From a virus, in the IMG/VR virus record IMGVR_UViG_3300033143_008750, positions 8,566 to 72,565 of that record: a DNA stretch of 64,000 nucleotides; one strand, given 5' to 3'. A program made the position numbers and the translations under genes. Positions 31,421 through 40,255 of this stretch are shown here, piece after piece. Numbering within the stretch: the first letter of the stretch is position 1; each line of letters starts with the position of its first letter. The notes under the pieces are model-generated. The model worked only from the letters and a program-made list of their open reading frames with translations, searched no databases and was not told the origin of the DNA.

Positions 31421-31467
31421 TAAATAGCCACTATGTTCAGGAACAGTGCCAATTACGGCATAAATAC

Positions 31468-31490
31468 AAGGGAGCATCACGCTCCCTTTT
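31468..31490 (+). terminator. intrinsic terminator
   Basis: GGGAGC-ATCAC-GCTCCC-TTTT. Confidence 0.8.
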
Positions 31491-31513
31491 ATTTTATATA
31501 CAGGAAATCATAG

Positions 31514-31933
31514 ATGAGTGACCAATTTACAGACGAACAACTCCTAAAAATGGCAATGGGCGTCCCCGATGAAGATACAAAAGAAATTTCTGAATTGATG
31601 AAATTAAAATCTGAATGGGAAATTGTGCCTACGCGTGGAAGAGACATACTTACAAAACGTAAGAAAATGCGCCATAATATGTTTAAAATAATCAAAAGAA
31701 TGAAGCGTGAACTAGAATTGCTTCCTGAATTAGAAGCAATCAAACAAATCATAGATCCGCAACTAAACGCGAACCATCAAATTAACTGGGCTACATTTAC
31801 ATTCTATTGGGATATTCATCCTAAGGATCATACAAAAATCATCACAAAAGATCGCTGGTTTGCTGAAGGCGGAAGCTATGATGATCTAGGTGCGTTACGA
31901 CCTACAGCATTCACAGAACAAGAAATTGATTAA
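31514..31933 (+). CDS. hypothetical protein
   Basis: ORF with RBS AGGA. Confidence 0.6.
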   Translation: MSDQFTDEQLLKMAMGVPDEDTKEISELMKLKSEWEIVPTRGRDILTKRKKMRHNMFKIIKRMKRELELLPELEAIKQIIDPQLNANHQINWATFTFYWDIHPKDHTKIITKDRWFAEGGSYDDLGALRPTAFTEQEID

Positions 31934-32500
31934 ATGAAAATACTGTACACGCTAGGCAATTACATCTATTGCGGCCATCAAGTCTTATGTTATATGATAA
32001 ACAATAAGAATGAATGTGTAGAAGATTTTCAAAAAGAAACTGAAAAATGTTTTGCAGCATCTATGCAGCCAAAGAATCACATGTTTCATGGTCACTCAGA
32101 ATTAGAAGGAATGGATGCTGAACCTCCGATTGTAGGTGATGTTATTTGGACGCACACCTCAGGAAATCAATATATCGCAGCAGGAATTTGGCAAGAGTCT
32201 CCTACAGCGCCAATCAATTTTGACGCATTGCGACTTATCATGCGTAGTCTACAGCGCAAAGCGATAGAACTAAAGCAATTACAAGTGTCTATCCCACTAT
32301 TAACAAGAGACCACGACCTTAATCTATGGAACTTCATCTATCCTATAATCGAAGAAGAATTCAAAGATGTTGATGTACAAGTAATCGTTCATATTCCTAC
32401 AGAGGAAGAACTGCTGACCTTGTTAGATAACATAGGCGGTACGTTTAACGAACTCCAACGCAAGTCACCCGAGATACGATTCGCACAATCTAAGAAATAG
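31934..32500 (+). CDS. degenerate macrodomain-like protein
   Basis: MKILYTLGN start, VGDVI, VSIPLL, LWNFIYPIIEEEF...VIVH resemble TARG1/DarG-type macrodomains; Gly-rich loops absent. Confidence 0.45.
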   Translation: MKILYTLGNYIYCGHQVLCYMINNKNECVEDFQKETEKCFAASMQPKNHMFHGHSELEGMDAEPPIVGDVIWTHTSGNQYIAAGIWQESPTAPINFDALRLIMRSLQRKAIELKQLQVSIPLLTRDHDLNLWNFIYPIIEEEFKDVDVQVIVHIPTEEELLTLLDNIGGTFNELQRKSPEIRFAQSKK

Positions 32501-32538
32501 TGATAAATAAGGGTATACGTTAAACGAGACCTTTATTA

Positions 32539-34107
32539 ATGCCTCACTTCAATGGCCCAAGTTTGTTAATCACACAAGATGCACCTACAGCAGGTGTATT
32601 GAACCTTAGTGTGGAAATAGATATGTACAGCAAATGGAAAGAGTGGACTATTGGTAGATACTTTTTCGATACAGAAACAGATGTAAATGGCACAACAGAA
32701 CGTATTTCCTACACAGACCATAGTCTATATACAGGACAAGCGGTAACTTATCGTAAAGATGGTGGCACCGAAAATATTGGACTAGTTAATGATACAGAAT
32801 ATTTTATTCGCGCAGATTTTAATCCTGGGCCTGCTTATAATAGAAATGAGTTTGAGCTATACGATACAAAAGTAAATGCAGAAGCAGGCCCCGTAACTAC
32901 AACTGGCCGTATTGACTTAACTGCATCAGGCGGCGGTAGCGGCGAAACACACAGACTCACAGCAGATAATTCAAAATTTATTAATGCGTTTCGTACAATT
33001 GGTGGTGACCCTTTGACTCCAGGCGTAGAAGCTGGACCATATTTCTTCCTCCAAAATCAAGATGTTTTTGGTGGTGATGGTTGGCGTATCATTAGCACAG
33101 ACGAAAATCAAACTCTTAACTATCAAGGCAACTTAGTTGGTGAAGATTCAGCAAAAGAGCTTATTATTCCTACCCCTACCAGAACTGTACTTCACTTAGG
33201 ATTGCAGCCAATTACGCAGCGTGTAGATGAAATTTTAACACAGACCCAGCTTGGTCTATTTAATGGTGCAGTTCACATTGACACAACTGGTGCTGGTGTT
33301 GCAGGAACAGAATTCCCTACAGGAACAGAAAGCGTTCCTGTAGACAATCTAACAGATGCACTTTCGATTGCAGCTACACTTAGTTTTCACAGATTCGTTG
33401 TTCGAGGAACAATCACTTTTGGAAGTGCAGCAGGTGAAACTAGTTGGATTGGTAACAGCACCGATGCTGCTATCAATATCAACAATCAAGATATTTCTGG
33501 TACACACTTTGAAGGTGTAACATTATCAGGAACACTCGCAACAGTTACAGACCATATCATAATTAATAATTCTACAATCAATACATTAACAGGATTCCGT
33601 GGGACAATAACTAGTTCTTCTATTGCAGGCCCAATACAATTAGTGTCTGGAGATACTAAACTTTTCAATTGTGTTTCAGATATTGCAGGCGCATCATCAT
33701 TTATAATTGATGCAAACGGACAAACAGGCATTATTTTAGCAGTACGAGGTCTTAATGGCGGTATTGAATTAGAAAACTTTACGCAAAGTGATACCATTTG
33801 TACACTCGGAATAAATACAGGAAAAGTTACGATTGCAGCTAGTTGTACTGATTTTAGTGATTTACAAGTACGTGGTGTAGCAACATTGAATAATTTATCA
33901 GCAGTGGTAGCAGGGTTAGGTAAGACCATTGATACAAGTGCGCTCGTAGATGCTACGGATCTTATGATAACAAGACAAATGGTTGCTGGTAATGTAGTAG
34001 TCTCTCTTGACGATCTTACTGTAACTGTCTATGATGAAGATGGTACAACTATACTAGTAGTACTCGACGTTAGTGCAGACGGTAGAATCAGAACGAGAAC
34101 AACTTAA
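32539..34107 (+). CDS. putative virion structural/fibre protein
   Basis: late promoter 32502; one H-S-L-Y-T-G module; beta-helix-like C-half. Confidence 0.7.
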   Translation: MPHFNGPSLLITQDAPTAGVLNLSVEIDMYSKWKEWTIGRYFFDTETDVNGTTERISYTDHSLYTGQAVTYRKDGGTENIGLVNDTEYFIRADFNPGPAYNRNEFELYDTKVNAEAGPVTTTGRIDLTASGGGSGETHRLTADNSKFINAFRTIGGDPLTPGVEAGPYFFLQNQDVFGGDGWRIISTDENQTLNYQGNLVGEDSAKELIIPTPTRTVLHLGLQPITQRVDEILTQTQLGLFNGAVHIDTTGAGVAGTEFPTGTESVPVDNLTDALSIAATLSFHRFVVRGTITFGSAAGETSWIGNSTDAAININNQDISGTHFEGVTLSGTLATVTDHIIINNSTINTLTGFRGTITSSSIAGPIQLVSGDTKLFNCVSDIAGASSFIIDANGQTGIILAVRGLNGGIELENFTQSDTICTLGINTGKVTIAASCTDFSDLQVRGVATLNNLSAVVAGLGKTIDTSALVDATDLMITRQMVAGNVVVSLDDLTVTVYDEDGTTILVVLDVSADGRIRTRTT

Positions 34108-34976
34108 TGGTTTCACGTTGGTCTAACTTTCCTATCTTTACTGCTCGTAACGGGCAGATCAAAGTTCTACCTATTTACATGGATCCGCCTATTGCAGTAG
34201 GTGTTACTTCTGATATTGTTATGGGTGGTTGCGCTCCTGTCACATTTATTGATGTAGGCGCAGGCGCAAGTACTTTCTGCTACTTCCCAAGTTCAATACA
34301 CAGTGTCAATGTACTCAGTGATGCACACATCATTGTTAGTACAGGCGGTGTGTTATGTGCTACATATATCGTCCCGCCTTACGGAGTTGAACTTGAAGGC
34401 ACAGCACCAATCACAGTTACACTTGGTGGTGTTACAGAGTTTTGCTATCCAGCAACGGGTGGCGTTACAATGGGCGGCGCCGCAAATGCTACGTTTACAG
34501 AAGGCGCAGGCCGCGGCGGCAAGGGTACTCCATATTGGAAGCGCCAACGTCAAGCACAGCCTACACATCACTTCTATTCAGCAGAAGCGTTTTTCGAAAA
34601 CACGCTACAGTTGGGTGGTGCAGCAGACGCAAGATTCAGTCCAGCACCCTATCAGTTCATCAAGTCGCTACCAAAAGTACCTTATACTCCACCAAGGAGA
34701 GATTCAGAGTTTGTTGAGTTATTCAAGGAACTTGAAGCGCAGCCGCGAACGACTACGTTTAGCTATGAAGCTAGTGGTGGTGTAGTTGCTGCAGGTAACG
34801 CAAAGGATAAACACTTTGATTTTAGAAACTTCATCATTATGAATGATGAGGATATACTCATTTCTGATGTTTTATCAACAAACGGCAGCCCGTTTATTAC
34901 AACCACCTTCGATAAAAACTTAGCACAAGCAAGACGAGAGGATGAAGAAGTTATAGAGATTTTCGAATTACTATAA
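34107..34976 (+). CDS. putative structural protein with short GG-x-x-x-G-x-A repeats
   Basis: coupled to the upstream late gene; repeated GGVTMGGAA-like units. Confidence 0.55.
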   Translation: MVSRWSNFPIFTARNGQIKVLPIYMDPPIAVGVTSDIVMGGCAPVTFIDVGAGASTFCYFPSSIHSVNVLSDAHIIVSTGGVLCATYIVPPYGVELEGTAPITVTLGGVTEFCYPATGGVTMGGAANATFTEGAGRGGKGTPYWKRQRQAQPTHHFYSAEAFFENTLQLGGAADARFSPAPYQFIKSLPKVPYTPPRRDSEFVELFKELEAQPRTTTFSYEASGGVVAAGNAKDKHFDFRNFIIMNDEDILISDVLSTNGSPFITTTFDKNLAQARREDEEVIEIFELL

Positions 34977-34977
34977 C

Positions 34978-35000
34978 AAAAAAGCCCCTTTCGGGGCTTT
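34978..35000. terminator. bidirectional intrinsic terminator
   Basis: AAAAAAGCCCC-TTTC-GGGGCTTT between convergent genes. Confidence 0.8.
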
Positions 35001-35030
35001 AGTATTATTACTTATTGAAATATTAAAGTA

Positions 35031-35663
35031 TTAGCTTCCTTGTAGATCAGCTTCCGTGCGACCACTTGGGCCTGCGCCGTCGTCAACTCCAACAATCGGC
35101 CATAGGTAAGTATTTCCACCTACTGCAGGGAATGTCTTAACTGTTCTAGCGTTAATAATTCTAGCATTTTGTAGTGGCGGATCAGCATCTGGTGCATCAC
35201 CGATATTCTGTGTACTATCTGAGTAGCCTGTACCAGCACCGTTAAGTGCGACAGATGCTAGTGAACCATTTGATACTGTGTAATCAAGCGTACCAGCCGT
35301 GCCACCTGCAATTGATACTGCTGTGCCAGCAGCCCAATAACCGTAGCCTGCGTTAGCAATTACTACTGTATCAATTATGCCGCCCGTTTGTGTGATTGTC
35401 ACTGTAGCTTGTACAACTGACTGAGCATTCTCAGGCTGTACAGTTACCTGCATCTCGCCTACTGCGCTAGGTGTTGCATTTACTAATGTGCAAACTAAAT
35501 TATTTGCTGGTGTTGCTGTTTCAGCAACCAAATACTTAGAATTTGATCGTTGTGAAACAATGTGTGCTGTAACATTACCAGAACCTACATCGGCTGTGCA
35601 AGCGATCTGAAAACCGCCGCCTACAGGGTCACCGAAAAATTTCTTATTTAATGGACGTCCCAT
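35031..35663 (-). CDS. putative virion structural protein (MGRPLNKKFFG start)
   Basis: own late promoter (35767-35774, - strand), RBS GAGGA, GYGY/GTGY motifs. Confidence 0.7.
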   Translation of the reverse strand: MGRPLNKKFFGDPVGGGFQIACTADVGSGNVTAHIVSQRSNSKYLVAETATPANNLVCTLVNATPSAVGEMQVTVQPENAQSVVQATVTITQTGGIIDTVVIANAGYGYWAAGTAVSIAGGTAGTLDYTVSNGSLASVALNGAGTGYSDSTQNIGDAPDADPPLQNARIINARTVKTFPAVGGNTYLWPIVGVDDGAGPSGRTEADLQGS

Positions 35664-35940
35664 TTTAATTTCCTCTTCTTATATCGAGAGCTACATTGCT
35701 CTACGAGTCAGTGGTCGTCGCTTTTCGAAAAACGACTTACTGAACAGAATACTTTATCTGCAACGTTATTTATCATTATACTAAATAAAAGCATAGACAC
35801 AAAGAAAAAGAAACCACTAAATGAATGGAAAGCCCAAACATACCTCAAAAGTAAGTAAAAAAATAAAAAGAAGATAAATACTTGCTGAAAGAGGTTGACA
35901 AATTGAGTTAACTCCGCTATAATACACGAGGATTAAACGA

Positions 35941-36213
35941 ATGAAAAGTTTCCTGATTACACTATTTTTGCTTTCACCACTGGCGATTGCAGATGAAATA
36001 CTTATCACAGATGTAGCGATAAAAGCAGGAGATCAAGTCATAGTATATGTAGATGATATTGGTCGGTTCGTGACAGTTACAACAGAGAACGATGTAAAAA
36101 TCGTATTTGATGCAGAAGACGTACTACCTGGAAGACATGAAGTTTTAGTTCGCGTAGTAAATGGTAAGTTAAGAACAGTTAAAGAAATAAAGAAAACGAT
36201 TGAAGTTGATTAA
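35941..36213 (+). CDS. secreted/periplasmic small protein
   Basis: signal peptide ending AIA; sigma70 promoter 35895-35923. Confidence 0.55.
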   Translation: MKSFLITLFLLSPLAIADEILITDVAIKAGDQVIVYVDDIGRFVTVTTENDVKIVFDAEDVLPGRHEVLVRVVNGKLRTVKEIKKTIEVD

Positions 36214-36304
36214 TTTCAACAATACTAACACAACACAGGAGGCACACGCATGGCACTCACTATCTAGACTATATTAATATCAATATAGTTAAAATGGAGT
36301 TATT

Positions 36305-36757
36305 ATGCGTGGAAGAGGAGATCGACGGTATCTCACAGAGAAATACCAACGGAAGCAAGTCAGACTAGCATATACATTCGTATATGATAAACCATATGAC
36401 CAAGAACGATATATTCGAACGGAGTTTGCGCGAAAGCGAAGATTCTACGATATATTGCGCGAGAATTATGTACAGCACAAATACTGGCATTCAGAAAAAT
36501 GGATGCTGAGTCAAAGCGGGAACGAACATACGATTTCGCGAGAGGAGTTAGGACGTTACAGGAATCATTCTTTTGATGATTGCGGTAAACCAAAATGTCC
36601 AGGATGCAGTAATCCTCGACGGGGTTATGGATGGTACGACAAAGCGGATGAGTTAATAACAATGCAGGAACGAAAAGCAGAGTTACATTTGAAAGAAGAA
36701 TTGAAATTTTATAAGGAGAGAAAAAATGAAAAGGTTAAAAGCATTATTGCAAGATGA
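36305..36757 (+). CDS. basic protein with C-x4-C-x2-C-x-NPR motif
   Basis: CGKPKCPGCSNPRR...TMQERK. Confidence 0.6.
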   Translation: MRGRGDRRYLTEKYQRKQVRLAYTFVYDKPYDQERYIRTEFARKRRFYDILRENYVQHKYWHSEKWMLSQSGNEHTISREELGRYRNHSFDDCGKPKCPGCSNPRRGYGWYDKADELITMQERKAELHLKEELKFYKERKNEKVKSIIAR

Positions 36758-36848
36758 TCTGACAGTCGCGGTGCTAGTATTCGTAGCAACGTGGTCAGCA
36801 GTTGTTGCCGCAGTAGCGATCCCATTGTCGCCTTTGTTTTGATGGAAG

Positions 36849-36972
36849 TAAGTCCTTGATTTATAAAGAAATTTATAAGTCACTGATTTAAGAATAACAC
36901 ATGAAACCCTCGTAAGTCTTTGATTTGCGAGGGTTTTTAGTGCTTGACTTTAGGAAAGATTTTCCGTATAAT
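36849..36972 (+). promoter_or_regulatory. three IHF-consensus sites, terminator-like hairpin and sigma70 promoter
   Basis: sites at 36849, 36876, 36913; hairpin 36904-36938; TTGACT-17-TATAAT 36944-36972. Confidence 0.75.
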
Positions 36973-37785
36973 GTACGTAATAGTTAGGAGAGAGACCCAC
37001 ATGTCCGCATATATTTCAACTCGCGATCTGCATTTTCAAAGTGTTGGTCGTAGTTTCTTTCAAGAAATTTCTTGCCTGCCCGATAAACGTATTCCGTTGA
37101 TGCAAGTGTATCCTGATTCGTGCGACGTAGGTTTTTATCTCGTTTCACATTCCACTGGAATGAAAATCAAAATGGTCGAAAGCGAAGTGAAGCGTGTTGG
37201 TGGCGAGATTATTTCGTGGACGTTTCGTCCAGTTGACAAGAACGCTCCGATCAATAACGTCGTTATCGTAAACGATTAGGAAATCAAATGACTCTCAAAG
37301 AAATGATTGAACAGCATCCTGAGTGGGCTGATTTAGACGTAGTCCTTTATACTGACAGCGGCGACTACGAATACGTAGGTGCAAGCGCAAGTGTTTACGC
37401 TGTCAAAAGCAGCCCGAACCTACCGCATCCAGTTTTGGTTTTCTCGGCGAATTAAATAATGAGTAATATAATCTTGTCCTGTATTTGCATCCTTAGTGTC
37501 ATTGTCCATGTTTGGCTAATGATACGATCAAATAGAAAAGCTGGATTGCTCCTAACCGAACAGGTAATGCGATAATGAGTGACCAAACGACAATTATTGA
37601 AGTTGATACCGAATTCGGTTGCTTGGTTGTAAATCATGTTATTGAATCTACACTTACTAAATTTGATTTGGTGCGTGTCACTTCTCATTATGAAGTACTT
37701 GTTGATGATGTAGTAAAGCATACATCAAATGATCCAGAGGATATCATGCGGGCACTTGGACATTACATTGCAGGACTCTCATAAC

Positions 37786-38487
37786 ATGCCTAAAATTATA
37801 GCTAGAAAATGTCCGTTCACGAAAAAGCTTTACGAAACCCGAAGCGGGTATCGTAGACATTTATTGAAGCTGCGCAAAGAGCGCAATGCTGAACGATCAA
37901 TTTGGATCACGCAGCGCGATGCACGAAACAAGGCTCTAGATGCTCTTGGTAAGGTGACTACGATCTCCGAACTTAAGAAAGCTGTGATGGCGCAGTACAC
38001 GAATATGATGATTGCATCATGGGGAACTGACACTAAGAAAATTGCAATCGCGAAGAAAATTCGTATGGTCGATTTTGATTTGACAAAGTTACGTTATGAA
38101 GAACGGACAAGCAACACACATGCTTGTCCACGCAATGGTGTAACAAATTGGGGTTGCAAGGATGAGGATGGACCGAGAGGATATCCTGGCTTTTCTGGCC
38201 GCATTAATTATGCGCTGATAGTTCCGAAGGGCTTTGATGGTTGGTTTGCAGACTTTAGCAATACACTCCAAAGCTTCGGCATTCACACTGGAACAGGCGG
38301 TTCAGGAAGCATAGGTCCAAAGAATTCAGACAAGTACAGTTACGATGTGAGAATTTTTGTTGATGATTTCTCAGGTATTGATGCGCACGTTGATGAATTA
38401 CTTGAAGTCTATAAAAAGATTGTGTTTACAAAGAAACTCAAGAATGAACGAATCCATGATCCTGTTTTTACTTCGGTATTGGCTTGA
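37786..38487 (+). CDS. hypothetical phage protein (C-terminal FTKKLK motif)
   Basis: SNTHACPRNGVTNW...GYPGFSGRI...GIHTGTGG. Confidence 0.65.
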   Translation: MPKIIARKCPFTKKLYETRSGYRRHLLKLRKERNAERSIWITQRDARNKALDALGKVTTISELKKAVMAQYTNMMIASWGTDTKKIAIAKKIRMVDFDLTKLRYEERTSNTHACPRNGVTNWGCKDEDGPRGYPGFSGRINYALIVPKGFDGWFADFSNTLQSFGIHTGTGGSGSIGPKNSDKYSYDVRIFVDDFSGIDAHVDELLEVYKKIVFTKKLKNERIHDPVFTSVLA

Positions 38488-38771
38488 AATATGAAACTTA
38501 CTAAACATCAAGAAAATATTATGACTTTCCTTGCGTCTCGGCATAAAACTAGCTCTAAGTGGGTAACTGCCACAGATGCATCACGCGCATGTGGCTCTAA
38601 TTATAGTCAACAATCAAGTACTTCTTGGGCTTTGCCTAAATTGCGAACTCTTGTTAAGAAAGGCTTACTTATTAGTGCTACATATACAAATCCTATAAGC
38701 GGCAATGATGCATATATGTTTTCATTGAATCCTGAAACCAAGACTGCGTTTCGGTTATTGCTTAAGGTAGA

Positions 38772-39107
38772 ATGATGAATGAATTTCACCTTTTAATTGA
38801 CGATTTTCGCACGTATGACATGGATCATACAGCGCGAACAGCGCAGGATGGCCGACAGGCTCTCTTGTCGTTTCCTGTGACTCACTTGTACATGGATCAC
38901 GATTTGGGTGAACATAGTGACACAGACGGATATAAAGTAGTCGTTTGGGCATTAGAGCGAGGCGTGTGCCCTGCTCATGTTCAACTAGTTACATCGAATC
39001 CTGTTGGCCGTGACAACATGGCAGCAGCACTTGAAAATGCTGGCTATACAAAAACAGTTATAGTAAGCGGCATACAATATGTACAAGGAATTATAACAGA
39101 TGTCTAG
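38772..39107 (+). CDS. cyclic-phosphate processing receiver-domain protein
   Basis: LIDDFR, YMDHDLG, DGYKVVVW, TSNPVG. Confidence 0.75.
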   Translation: MMNEFHLLIDDFRTYDMDHTARTAQDGRQALLSFPVTHLYMDHDLGEHSDTDGYKVVVWALERGVCPAHVQLVTSNPVGRDNMAAALENAGYTKTVIVSGIQYVQGIITDV

Positions 39108-39657
39108 ATTACGCATTTCAAAAAACGGCATGCACGAAGACTTTAACAAAGTCGCAGCTATCAAAGCTGTTCGACAGTTATGTGGAATTGGCTTGAAGGA
39201 AGCTAAGGATGCAGTAGAGGAAGCTATGACAGGTACAGTTGTGGTCATAGCAGATTTAACTCCGCATTCTTCATCACAAATGTCTAGTCAGGATGCGCAT
39301 GAAAATCTCCGCGCGCAAGGAATGGAATTGCTCAGAGGCACTTCTAAGACTGAATTTATTGTACAAGCAATTCGTGAATCTGCAAAGCTGGCCGCAGACG
39401 AAGAAGAAAATAATCTTGCAATCTTGCTCCTTGACGTATTGCGTCAACACGAAATTGACGTAGCTGAAAAAGAAGAAAATTGGAGGATTGCGCAAGAACA
39501 AAACAAAATGAGAGCGCACAACGAAAAAGTACGCAGAGAGGAACAAGATAAAATCCGCGATCAGCAAGAGCGACGTTTTCAAGAATCGAGGAAACGTAAG
39601 CATGATGAAGAAGTAAACATAGGAGCATACCAACCATCAGAGGATAGCTTTCGATGA
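39100..39657 (+). CDS. ribosomal protein bL12 C-terminal-domain-like protein fused to a coiled coil
   Basis: NKVAAIKAVRQLCGIGLKEAKDAVE. Confidence 0.75.
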   Translation: MSRLRISKNGMHEDFNKVAAIKAVRQLCGIGLKEAKDAVEEAMTGTVVVIADLTPHSSSQMSSQDAHENLRAQGMELLRGTSKTEFIVQAIRESAKLAADEEENNLAILLLDVLRQHEIDVAEKEENWRIAQEQNKMRAHNEKVRREEQDKIRDQQERRFQESRKRKHDEEVNIGAYQPSEDSFR

Positions 39658-40255
39658 AAGTCTATTACATAACAACCTTCGGAAATAACGTATTTTATGT
39701 TCACGCTCCGAGCGGCGAGGAAGCAATAGCGCATCTTGTTGAGCAGGTAACGAAATACTATTTCAAGCACAATCTTAAAGGCGACGATGTTGCTACGCCG
39801 CCAACAACACTTGGAAAAAATATCATTGTCGAATTAGGAATGCACAAAAGTATTATTACTGACAAGGATATAGTTGCTGAGGATGTAACTGCGGTTGCAT
39901 ACATATTTTCATCTGCTGGCAAACCTTATTGGAAGGATTGGGATTTATCAGTTAGCAATGTATTACAAGACGCATAATGTATATCGTCGGACAAGCACGT
40001 AATCCTGAGGATGACAACGACGCTGATCGTTGGACACTTGAAATACACAGGGTGTCAGATACAGACATAAATGATATTGAGCATTACTGTTGCATAGAGA
40101 TACACGAAGATACACTTGATTTGTGTTTGTTGAAAGCTAAAATCATCTGCAATGTCTTTAATGACAAAGGATTTGTAGGTGCAGAAACAATGGTCAAGAA
40201 ATTGAATTCAGAACAGAAAAATATACCACAAATTTAACTAAGAAGTGAGATCCAC

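Noticed and set aside
36237-36300. Mini-ORF MALTI* with a strong SD and hairpin as a readthrough or leader-peptide switch
   Set aside because: It is not in frame with ORF 36305 and a second in-frame TAG follows. Too little evidence for a regulatory role.
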